This document shows positions 17,341-24,000 of a stretch of DNA of 24,000 nt, one piece after another. This stretch comes from an archaeon (GTDB taxonomy: Archaea > Thermoproteota > Nitrososphaeria > Nitrososphaerales > CADDZS01), in NCBI GenBank assembly GCA_902812485.1, contig CADDZS010000008.1, positions 7,963 to 31,962 of the forward strand. Reading direction: 5' to 3'. Within the stretch, counting starts at the first letter, position 1. Each line of letters opens with the position of its first letter. Below the pieces are notes generated by a model, which did no database searches, was not told the DNA's origin, and saw only the letters and a program-made list of their open reading frames with translations. Made by a program: the position numbers and the translations under genes.

Positions 17341-17552
17341 GCCGCACTCTTGTTCTTGATTGGAAGAAAAGAGGGCGAGCGTAGCTCAGCGTGGTAGAGC
17401 AGTTTCCAAAAAAAAGAGCTCCGGGGTTACAAAAACTAACGGGGCCAATAAAGAAAGGAAGGAAGCTTAGCTGGCTGTTAGACACAAGTTGGTCTGAGAA
17501 CCTGTGTGTTGGGACCAGTTGGTCGACCGTTCAAGTCGGTCCGGCGGCGCCA
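17341..17552 (+). tRNA. tRNA-Asn (anticodon GUU) interrupted by three introns. Exons 17341-17345, 17380-17401, 17470-17480 and 17514-17549, followed by an encoded CCA.
   Basis: The spliced product is a 74-nt cloverleaf with a 7/7 Watson-Crick acceptor stem (GCCGCCG/CGGCGGC). The D arm is GCUC-AGCGUGGUA-GAGC. The anticodon arm is GCUGG-CUGUUAA-CCAGU. The T arm is GACCG-UUCAAGU-CGGUC and the discriminator is G73. A T5 tract follows. Confidence 0.72.
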
Positions 17553-17553
17553 G

Positions 17554-17558
17554 TTTTT
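17554..17558 (+). terminator. T5 tract immediately after the tRNA 3' end
   Basis: gTTTTTct follows the CCA directly. Oligo-T tracts are the usual archaeal termination signal. Confidence 0.4.
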
Positions 17559-17700
17559 CTCAATCATCCCTTTGTTACGCGATTAGTCTTGTCATAAAGC
17601 AATCAAGTTTATTCGAAATTGCAATTTGTTTTTTCTGCTGTCACTCAGTTTTTTTACTACTCAAATACGAAGTGTACTTATAGGAGTTTCAGAAAGCATC

Positions 17701-18816
17701 GTGAAACCGCCTAAAATTGAATTCGAATACTTCAGGAGCAAAGCGGAAGAAATCAAACTTTCAAAGGAAGTTCAGAAGAAAAGGGCCCAATTTCTTGCAA
17801 GGCCAGTAAGGCAACTCGATTTATCGAGAATAAAGTCGGTGAGAGAACTAGTTGCAGCTTGGTCAGAGACCAGCATCCAGAGCCGATCTTTGGCTGCATG
17901 TGCAAAGGTGTACGAAAACATGATCTTAGACAAGGATCGACCCACGATCTTCTTGGGGCTTTCTGGTGCTTTGATTGCTGGAGGACTGCGAAAAGTAATT
18001 TCTGATCTTATACAAGCAGGGTTTGTGGATGTTGTTGTCTCAACCGGAGCAATAGTTTATCAGGACTTTTATCAGGCGCAAGGGTTCAAACATTACATTG
18101 GAACTCCGGACTCGGACGACTCACTTCTTCATGATCTTTACATCGACAGAATTTATGACACGTACGTCGACGAAATTGGATTTGTTGAAACGGATGACAT
18201 AATAGGTAAGATCGCAGGTTCGCTCGAACCGAGAAAATATTCTACAAGAGAATTCATGGCGCATTTGGGGAAATACGCCGAGAAAGATCCTAATTCAATA
18301 ATAGGAAAAGCAAGCAAGTTTGGAGTGCCTGTTTTCGTTCCGGCTATCGCAGACTCTTCAATTGGGATTGGGCTTGCGGGATTGTACAGAAGTAAAAAGC
18401 AAGTCGGTAAGGAGGGTCTATCTCTCGATGTCATAAGAGACAATTACGAGATAGCACAGATAATACTAAAGTCTAGAAAAACTGGCTCGATTTACATAGG
18501 AGGAGGCGTTCCCAAGAACTATATCAACGACGCGGCTGTAATGTTGGATTACACACCCGGCCATGCTTACAGTTTTCAAATTACAACAGACGCCCCGCAT
18601 TGGGGCGGGCTGACTGGTAGCACTTTGGATGAGGCAAAGTCGTGGGGAAAAATCTCAAAAGTTGCTACGAAGGCCACCGCTTATGTCGAAGCAACAATAG
18701 GTCTCCCTCTCGTAGCTTCGTACGTGCTGGAATCAAAGTCTCTCAGGCAAAACAGAAAGCATCTGCGATTCGCTTGGGATGGGGATACGCTCACTGAAAT
18801 AAAACTCTCAAGCTGA
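17701..18816 (+). CDS. dys: Deoxyhypusine synthase
   Basis: DHS-family sequence (LGLSGALIAGGLRKVISDLI..., VSTGAIVYQD, IGGGVPKNY, ITTDAPHWGGLTGSTLDEAKSWGKI). I prefer GTG 17701 as the start. The 25 codons from TTG 17626 translate a T-rich spacer (MFFLLSLSFF...), and a TATA-like CTTATAGG lies about 22 nt before 17701. Confidence 0.88.
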   Translation: MKPPKIEFEYFRSKAEEIKLSKEVQKKRAQFLARPVRQLDLSRIKSVRELVAAWSETSIQSRSLAACAKVYENMILDKDRPTIFLGLSGALIAGGLRKVISDLIQAGFVDVVVSTGAIVYQDFYQAQGFKHYIGTPDSDDSLLHDLYIDRIYDTYVDEIGFVETDDIIGKIAGSLEPRKYSTREFMAHLGKYAEKDPNSIIGKASKFGVPVFVPAIADSSIGIGLAGLYRSKKQVGKEGLSLDVIRDNYEIAQIILKSRKTGSIYIGGGVPKNYINDAAVMLDYTPGHAYSFQITTDAPHWGGLTGSTLDEAKSWGKISKVATKATAYVEATIGLPLVASYVLESKSLRQNRKHLRFAWDGDTLTEIKLSS

Positions 18817-18827
18817 GTAGCCCTGTC

Positions 18828-18853
18828 GTGCAATTTGTTAGGCAAATTTGCAC
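18828..18853 (+). promoter_or_regulatory. Near-perfect palindrome GTGCAATTTG-ttagg-CAAATTTGCAC between the dys stop and the aquaporin start
   Basis: The inverted repeat was read directly and has one unpaired A. It begins 11 nt after the dys stop and ends 7 nt before ATG 18860. Confidence 0.3.
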
Positions 18854-18859
18854 ATCTTA

Positions 18860-19687
18860 ATGGAAGTTCTCATTAGTCTACTCAAAAGAAATAGGCCAGA
18901 AGCTCAAAATCAAGACACACTACTCTCTATTCGTATCGACCGAAATGACCCCTCGGTCAAAGATTTGTCGTCAGCTCCATCTTTGGGCAAAAGAGTGGTC
19001 GCAGAACTCGTAGGAACTTATATGTTTGTCTTCGTTGGCGCCGGATCCGCGGTTGGAGGATTTATTGCCTTCGGTAATTCCGATCCCGCAGTTGCTCTAC
19101 TGATAGCGGCTCTTGGAAACGGTGTAGGTTTGGGAGTGTCGATCTCAGCAACAATGGGCGTTTCGGGAGGTGCTCTCAATCCGGCTGTGGCGATTGGTCT
19201 CTTGATAGGGCGAAAAATCCCAGCTAAAGATGTCGTACCATACATACTTGCCGAACTTGTAGGCGCAATCTTGGCCGGGTTCTCATTGGTTGCAGTTGTT
19301 CCCAAATCATACGGCGATGGGGTCTATTGGGGAGCTCCACCGCATTCACTCGTACAGGGTCAGTCAGTGCTAGCTGCGATCGCTCTTGAAGCTATAATGA
19401 CTTTCTTCTTGGTTTTCGTTGTCTACGGAACCATAGTTGACGAAAGAGCTCCCAAACTCGGAGGACTCGCAGTCGGACTCATAGTCGCTACTGATGTATT
19501 CATCGGAGGGCCTTTGACAGGCGCCGCAATGAACCCAGCAAGAGCAATGGGTCCCATGATAACTGCGGCAATCGTAACCAATTTGAACGCATTCAATTTG
19601 TGGTACGTCTACTGGATCGGTCCCATCATTGGAGGAGCCATCGCAGCTCTAGTCTATGCCTACGGTCTCTTTTCAAAACATCCCTGA
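18860..19687 (+). CDS. MIP-family channel (aquaporin or aquaglyceroporin)
   Basis: Two NPA boxes (GGALNPAVAIG and GAAMNPARAMGP) and six hydrophobic segments. ATG 18860 is preferred over the ORF-track TTG 18848. Confidence 0.9.
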   Translation: MEVLISLLKRNRPEAQNQDTLLSIRIDRNDPSVKDLSSAPSLGKRVVAELVGTYMFVFVGAGSAVGGFIAFGNSDPAVALLIAALGNGVGLGVSISATMGVSGGALNPAVAIGLLIGRKIPAKDVVPYILAELVGAILAGFSLVAVVPKSYGDGVYWGAPPHSLVQGQSVLAAIALEAIMTFFLVFVVYGTIVDERAPKLGGLAVGLIVATDVFIGGPLTGAAMNPARAMGPMITAAIVTNLNAFNLWYVYWIGPIIGGAIAALVYAYGLFSKHP

Positions 19688-19693
19688 CAGGGG

Positions 19694-20476
19694 CTAGAAG
19701 TCGTAGCCTCCCTCTCCTATGAGAGGGACAAACATGCAATCAACGACATCCTTTCTCGTGAGCTTGTATCTTCCCTCATCTTCAGAGTCCGGCACCTTGA
19801 GTTTTCTGAATTTCACGAGTTTTTGAAAAGCAAGGTTTCCAAGCGGAATTTCCAAGATTCCATCGATCTTAAGCTGTAGTTCAAGGTATTTCGGCAAGGA
19901 AGGAGCTGCAGCAGAAACAACGATCCTCTGATACATTTGCTTCGTTGATCTGGGTGGAAATCCGAGAGTTCCATCCCCCTCTACGACCTTAACTACTCCG
20001 TCAAGACTAACGCTCTTCAAATTACGATCTGCAAACTCCACGAGCTTGTGCTCTCTCTCGACCGAGATGACTAGATGTTGCTGTTCTTGATCTTCGCCTT
20101 CCTTGTGAGTCTGAAATGAGACATGGTTGTTGAGCTTAACTATATACCCGATGAGAGCCGCGTTGTAACCGCTCCCTGCACCTACTTCAAGGACATGCAT
20201 CCCGCGAGAAAGCTCAAGCTCTTCCAGCATAATCGCAATCATGCTAGGAGCCGAGAGCGTCTGTCCAGTGTCTCCAAGGGGGATAGGCTCATCGTAGTAT
20301 GCTGCAGTTTTCGGGGTTCCTGGCCAGACGAACTGATCTCGAGGAATCGCTCTGAATGCTTCCTCGACTATGCTAGATTTGATGACTCCCTGAGCTTTGA
20401 GAGACCTGATCAAGTCTTCCTTTAGAGCTTCGATTCGATGTCTATCATAATCCTTCTTTTCATTCGGAGTCATCAA
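19694..20476 (-). CDS. pcm: Protein-L-isoaspartate O-methyltransferase (PIMT)
   Basis: SAM motif VLEVGAGSGYNAA plus the post-motif regions (VVEGDGTLGFPP, IVVSAAAPSLPKYLELQLKIDGILEIPLG). It carries a Q/E-rich insertion of about 20 aa after motif I. Confidence 0.85.
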   Translation of the reverse strand: MMTPNEKKDYDRHRIEALKEDLIRSLKAQGVIKSSIVEEAFRAIPRDQFVWPGTPKTAAYYDEPIPLGDTGQTLSAPSMIAIMLEELELSRGMHVLEVGAGSGYNAALIGYIVKLNNHVSFQTHKEGEDQEQQHLVISVEREHKLVEFADRNLKSVSLDGVVKVVEGDGTLGFPPRSTKQMYQRIVVSAAAPSLPKYLELQLKIDGILEIPLGNLAFQKLVKFRKLKVPDSEDEGRYKLTRKDVVDCMFVPLIGEGGYDF

Positions 20477-20612
20477 ATCAGAAAACTAAAACTCCTAGTT
20501 CCATTTGAATCAATTTTGTGCCCTTTGGCTTCAAACAATCCTGAAATTTTGGGATCTCAGATCCACCTTGACAAACCAAGAAAAGAGCCCTTGAATGTTG
20601 GAGTGTCATTCC

Positions 20613-21641
20613 TCAGCCGAACCACCTTTCAAGGCTTTGACTTTCCTTCTGCTTTAGTTCGGTTAACCGCTGAAGAGAGGAAAGCACTCTTTCTTTTGAG
20701 AAATCTCTCTTACCAGAAAGGAAATCTATCAAGCCCTGTTGGTCGAGTTGTCCTCCTTGGAGTTTTGATCCGTCGACTTCCGCAACGATTGGATGTAAGA
20801 ATATTTCACGAACGGCTTGCAAATCAAAGTTTATTTGATCTTTGACCTGCGGTATGTCTTCTATCCTTCCGTATCTTTTCACAAGCTTCAATGCTGTGGC
20901 TGGACCAATCTTCTCAAAGCCCTCAGGATTGAAATCTGTCCCAAGGAGGATCCCAATGTCCACAAGTTGTTCCCTCGTTATTCCATTCTCCGACAGCAAT
21001 TTTGAAAGCTCCACTGTCTCAGGCATCACGTCGATGCGAACAGAACGGTTGGGAAGCTTTCTCTTTCCTGAAATCGTCACGTTCCTTATCAATCTCTTTG
21101 CTCCAAAGAGCAAACTGTCATAGTCTTGACTAGCCGCGAAGTCTACCAAGTCCTTGATAGTCAAGTGCGCAGCTGTGGCCTCTCCTTCTGAAGGAGCTTG
21201 AACCCAAGGTATTCCCATAAGATCCAAGAGCTGCTTAGATTCTTCCACCATTTCATCAGTCAAGTAAGCTGTAGCCGATGCGTATTTCTTCGCAAGCTCA
21301 AGATCCTGCTTTTCAAGTGCTTCAGAATACATTTTGGACGCAATTGCCTTGACTTCTTTTCGCCTCTCGATGGTAGTGCTCTTCAGTTTTGGAGGTTCGC
21401 CATCAAATACATAGACAAGGCCTATCCCGTTCTCAAGGAGGTTGATGTTGCGATAGAATAAGCCGCTCAAGTGGCTTGTGACTCTCCCCGAACTGTCACG
21501 AAGTAACTCCCCAGTAGGACCTCGAATAATGGAAAGAAATTGATAGAGAGCATTGAATGCATCTATCGCAAGCTTCTTACCGCGCATCTCTTCAAGAGTA
21601 GTTTTTTGAGGATTCGCTATCCCTCTTAGATTGACACCCAT
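20613..21641 (-). CDS. fen: Flap endonuclease 1
   Basis: 342 aa. MGVNLRGI..., LAIDAFNALYQFL, VYVFDG, and the acidic active-site and H3TH regions (ILLGTDFNPEG) are typical of archaeal FEN1. Confidence 0.95.
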   Translation of the reverse strand: MGVNLRGIANPQKTTLEEMRGKKLAIDAFNALYQFLSIIRGPTGELLRDSSGRVTSHLSGLFYRNINLLENGIGLVYVFDGEPPKLKSTTIERRKEVKAIASKMYSEALEKQDLELAKKYASATAYLTDEMVEESKQLLDLMGIPWVQAPSEGEATAAHLTIKDLVDFAASQDYDSLLFGAKRLIRNVTISGKRKLPNRSVRIDVMPETVELSKLLSENGITREQLVDIGILLGTDFNPEGFEKIGPATALKLVKRYGRIEDIPQVKDQINFDLQAVREIFLHPIVAEVDGSKLQGGQLDQQGLIDFLSGKRDFSKERVLSSLQRLTELKQKESQSLERWFG

Positions 21642-21803
21642 CTTCTGGACACTATTGTTCTCTCTTTCTAGTGGTTGGAGGAGGAGGAAGAAGAAGAAAA
21701 AGGATACACTTCAACATTGGCGATTTCACTGGGAAGTAAAAACCACTTCGCTAGGGAACGAGGAAAAAGATAGTTACATCACGGTGGGACGAGAAGAAAA
21801 AAG

Positions 21804-22049
21804 TTACTCCCCTGGAACCCTAGGAGGAGGCGTTTCTTGATCCTTGACAAGTTCAATTCTCCTAATGTCCTTGGTCTGCCACCTCAACGTTATCAACCCG
21901 AGAATCTCAAGTTGCATCAATACCTTGTTGAGATCACGCATTGAAACATCTTCTCCTTCCCTTTGAAGCTCTGTGAGCAGATCCTTGTCAGTGGTAGTCT
22001 CGTCCTGTTTTATCTTTTCGTACACTATGTTACGAAGTGGGTATTTCAT
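21804..22049 (-). CDS. Hypothetical small protein, possibly a winged-helix fold
   Basis: 81-aa ORF. The helix-helix-helix-wing pattern (DKDLLTELQ..., SMRDLNKVLMQLEILGLITLRWQ) is only suggestive, and I recognise no family. Confidence 0.45.
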   Translation of the reverse strand: MKYPLRNIVYEKIKQDETTTDKDLLTELQREGEDVSMRDLNKVLMQLEILGLITLRWQTKDIRRIELVKDQETPPPRVPGE

Positions 22050-22258
22050 GTAGTTCTTACTTCCCCTGTCATCCTATAACCTGAAGTATCTTCTTCTCTT
22101 TTTTTCCCTGAAGAACTTTCTTTGACACACAGGCATAGTTCCCCAATAACTTCGGCAGATTGATTCCAATTGAGACATCTAAGCGAGCTATTCGAGAACG
22201 CAAGTGAAACCAACTAAATGCTCTAAATTTGAAGAAAAATTGAAGCAAGGTTTCGAGT

Positions 22259-22534
22259 CTATTTTTTGAGGCTCGTTGAGAGTCTACTCACTCCAACGAT
22301 TTCGAACTCTCCGATAAGTTCCTGTGTTCTAAGCAGATTCTCAAGTTTATCCATTTCACCAGCCTCGTCTGGAATTTGAAAATCCGCTACGAGCGCAACC
22401 AATCCGAAAGCAATTGGTTCTTCCCGAGTAGCTTTTATCTCCAAAGGCTGGTTCCTTAGGCTTTCTAGAATCGCCTTCGGGCTTATTTCTGCTTCCTTCG
22501 GCATTATCTTTGTGCGGACAATCAGGTTAGCCAA
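22259..22534 (-). CDS. Translation elongation factor aEF-1 beta
   Basis: 91 aa. The size and sequence (IMPKEAEISPKAILESL...EEPIAFGLVALVADFQIPDEAGEMDKLENLL...VGVSRL) match aEF-1beta. TTG start. Confidence 0.85.
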   Translation of the reverse strand: MANLIVRTKIMPKEAEISPKAILESLRNQPLEIKATREEPIAFGLVALVADFQIPDEAGEMDKLENLLRTQELIGEFEIVGVSRLSTSLKK

Positions 22535-22630
22535 AAGTGCTTGTTCAATCCTTTGACAATTTCCCTAAATCATATCAGAGCGGAGTCGCGAGAAAACATG
22601 TAAAACAACGGGATTGCAAGGGGGGTTGAC

Positions 22631-22816
22631 TTACGGTCCCTCATAGCTACAATTTACGCATCTATATGGCCTTGAAAAGCGCCTACATTTTTCATTTCGC
22701 CAAATCAATACTTGACCGCAGTACGGACAGTAGAATTTGACGGCTCTTTCCCCTGGCATTATGGGACGGTTACAGGAAGTACAAACCGGAAGCTGAACCT
22801 GACGTTCTAATGACAT
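22631..22816 (-). CDS. Zn-ribbon protein (COG2888-like, translation-associated)
   Basis: 61 aa with CTSC...CPYCG...CRR...CVNC cysteine pairs. It lies immediately upstream of aEF-1beta, the conserved archaeal gene pair. Confidence 0.75.
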   Translation of the reverse strand: MSLERQVQLPVCTSCNRPIMPGERAVKFYCPYCGQVLIWRNEKCRRFSRPYRCVNCSYEGP

Positions 22817-22850
22817 TTTCTGATAGCAAAAGATTATCTTGTGTCAGATT

Positions 22851-22865
22851 GATATTATATCTTTT
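22851..22865 (-). promoter_or_regulatory. Candidate TATA box for the Zn-ribbon / aEF-1beta pair
   Basis: The minus strand reads AAAAGATATAATATC about 40 nt upstream of ATG 22816. Confidence 0.3.
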
Positions 22866-22924
22866 GGCTGGAGCAGGGAAATCCGCACGGGCAAAGCGTT
22901 CAATTAATCTTCAAGTGCCTTTTA

Positions 22925-23338
22925 CTACTCGGAAAGCACTGAAGATGTTGGGTTGGGTGATGCCACCCCCTTCTGACCCAGACCTGCGATGGTCTGAAGA
23001 GATTGATATGCTTCTAGGTACTGGATCCCTTTTGGAGTGGTCTGATAAATCTTAGTGGCTTTTTCCTCATCTAGGCTTTCTTTGATAAGCCCAGCCCTAC
23101 AAAGATAATTCAAATACTCTGTAACCATCAAATAACTAAGATTCGCTCTGTACATAAGGTGAGTCTTGAGAGCTCCTGTTTTGGCTATGCTCAGCAAGTT
23201 TGCAACAATCTCCATCCTGCTCCGATTCTTGAATTTGTTAGAAGAAGGATTTGATGATGACGACGAAGAAGAAGATTTGGAATCAACAACTTCTGGCTCT
23301 TCTTGCTGCTGTTGTTGCGCTTCCAATTCCATGATCAC
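22925..23338 (-). CDS. Winged-helix transcriptional regulator (COG3432-like) with a poly-Q/poly-S N-terminal extension
   Basis: The C-terminal 96 aa (MEIVANLLSIAKTGALKTHLMYRANLSYLMVTEYLNYLCRAGLIKE...YQTTPKGIQYLEAY) matches the archaeal wHTH family. GTG 23338 or ATG 23332 gives the long form. An internal ATG at 23215 would give the canonical short form. Confidence 0.7.
   Translation of the reverse strand: MIMELEAQQQQQEEPEVVDSKSSSSSSSSNPSSNKFKNRSRMEIVANLLSIAKTGALKTHLMYRANLSYLMVTEYLNYLCRAGLIKESLDEEKATKIYQTTPKGIQYLEAYQSLQTIAGLGQKGVASPNPTSSVLSE
23303..23317 (-). repeat. 15-nt CAA/CAG tract encoding Q5 in the wHTH regulator's long form
   Basis: Read directly: ttgctgctgttgttg on the + strand. Confidence 0.9.
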
Positions 23339-23422
23339 GCCGAGGATCTGAAGGTTTTTCCGTATATTTTAGCAGTAGGATTCTTCTAACAGCTTGCGAA
23401 TCTATCGTCATCAAATGATTAC

Positions 23423-23438
23423 AAAGTAAATAAATAAC
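23423..23438 (+). promoter_or_regulatory. Candidate TATA box for the RHH-domain gene, with geometry suggesting a leaderless mRNA
   Basis: AAAGTAAATAAATAAC is centred about 30 nt upstream of ATG 23461, and no SD-like sequence lies between them. Confidence 0.35.
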
Positions 23439-23460
23439 TTCAACGAGCTTCCTCGGAAAT

Positions 23461-24000
23461 ATGGGAGCAAAACGGACTGTCGCAAGAACGATTAGGCTCG
23501 ACCCAGAGATAGATAATATTCTCAAACAAGAAGCTCAGCAACTTGGTCTGACTCATACTTCGGTTGCCACGATGGCATTAAGGAAATATGCTAACTTTGA
23601 TCGCTTTGCAGACAAGATTGGCTCTGTCACAATACCGCGAGAAACGCTCAACAGAATTTTCAACTTCCTATCTCATGAAGAGGCGGAATTGGTAGGGAGT
23701 TTGGCAAATTTTGCAGGAAAGAATTCGCGTCAGTACATGAACCTACTCTTTGGACACGCCACACTTGCCGATTTCATCTCACTCTTGCAGATGCTTGACG
23801 ATTACGCGCATCTATTCGAATTTGATCACAGGGAAGATTCTGGCAAGCAGCACTTTATTTTCGCTCACAACATGGGAAGCAAGTGGTCTTCTTTCCTTGA
23901 AGGCGCGATCAAAGCCACTCTCCGAGAAGTGTTCAGCATTAGAGGAAAATTTGAGCGCACCGACACTTTCCTCTCTTGCACCTTTGAAGCAAGTTTGTAG
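23461..24000 (+). CDS. Hypothetical protein with an N-terminal ribbon-helix-helix (CopG-like) domain and an uncharacterised C-terminal domain of about 130 aa
   Basis: 179-aa ORF ending in TAG at 23998-24000. The N-terminus, RTIRLDPEIDNILKQEAQQLGLTHTSVATMALRKY, fits the strand-helix-helix pattern of RHH. I do not recognise the remainder. Confidence 0.6.
   Translation: MGAKRTVARTIRLDPEIDNILKQEAQQLGLTHTSVATMALRKYANFDRFADKIGSVTIPRETLNRIFNFLSHEEAELVGSLANFAGKNSRQYMNLLFGHATLADFISLLQMLDDYAHLFEFDHREDSGKQHFIFAHNMGSKWSSFLEGAIKATLREVFSIRGKFERTDTFLSCTFEASL

Noticed and set aside
17373-17401. Contiguous reading of the tRNA 5' half, using GCGAGCG or GGGCGAG as the acceptor strand
   Set aside because: Neither pairs with the 3' acceptor strand CGGCGGC (17542-17548). 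Only GCCGC (17341-17345) joined to CG (17380-17381) gives seven Watson-Crick pairs.
17489-17503. Anticodon-loop-like CUGAGAA (GAG, Leu) within GGTCTGAGAACC
   Set aside because: The flanking stem is only 3 bp. The D arm, the 5-nt variable loop and G73 do not fit a class II tRNA-Leu. The segment falls inside the canonical 37/38 intron of the Asn model.
17161-17597. Two + strand ORFs (78 aa and 68 aa) from the ORF track
   Set aside because: They run through the tRNA-Asn exons, its introns and its upstream spacer. Their sequences are low-complexity translations of structured RNA, so the tRNA model explains the region better.
17626-17700. TTG 17626 as the start of deoxyhypusine synthase (ORF-track start)
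   Set aside because: The extra 25 codons (MFFLLSLSFFTTQIRSVLIG...) translate oligo-T terminator or spacer sequence downstream of the tRNA. GTG 17701 is the only other start before the conserved region and has a TATA-like box at the right distance.
21631-21840. 69-aa + strand ORF in the fen upstream spacer (RRRKKKKK-rich)
   Set aside because: It is a translation of a purine-rich GGAGGAGGAGGAAGAAGAAGAAAAAGG spacer. It overlaps the fen start and the end of the 81-aa gene, and nothing supports it.
23339-23456. 7-bp inverted repeat CCGAGGA/TCCTCGG bracketing the wHTH/RHH divergent promoter region
   Set aside because: The arms are about 105 nt apart and only 7 bp long, which is compatible with chance. 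It is mentioned under the RHH finding but not called as a feature.
1-24000. Search for CRISPR arrays, transposases, integrases, terminal inverted repeats, prophage or defence-island signatures
   Set aside because: I found no regularly spaced direct repeats. No ORF has recombinase or transposase motifs. I saw no compositional break by eye. The window reads as conserved core genome.

Overview
Gene-dense chromosomal segment, about 45-48% GC by eye, from an archaeon. Archaeal markers are FEN1, aEF-1beta with its Zn-ribbon partner, deoxyhypusine synthase, the uS13-uS4-uS11 cluster, TATA-like boxes close to start codons, and a multi-intron tRNA. The nuoABCD-HI layout without nuoEFG and a complete sufCBDSU cluster make a Nitrososphaerota (Thaumarchaeota)-like lineage my best guess; this is inference only. 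About 29 CDS, mostly on the minus strand: NADH:quinone oxidoreductase (nuoA-B-C-D-H plus the start of nuoI), ribosomal proteins, an Lrp/AsnC regulator, a DUF59 Fe-S protein, the SUF Fe-S machinery, a two-subunit 2-oxoacid:ferredoxin oxidoreductase, an aquaporin, PIMT and a few small DNA-binding or hypothetical proteins. I saw no CRISPR array, mobile element, rRNA or obvious defence or accessory island, so the window is essentially housekeeping. Items worth a second look: (1) a tRNA-Asn(GUU) that folds only after removing three introns, one of them in the acceptor stem; (2) the oxidoreductase alpha gene, whose conserved N-terminal motif lies upstream of the first ATG with no ATG/GTG/TTG in frame; (3) CAA/CAG-encoded poly-Q N-terminal extensions on NuoB and uS11, with similar low-complexity inserts elsewhere; (4) a duplicated Shine-Dalgarno element with a 20-codon sORF, and unusually long spacers, inside the suf cluster; (5) uncharacterised RHH-domain and membrane proteins. 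All protein calls rest on motif recognition from memory; no database search was possible.
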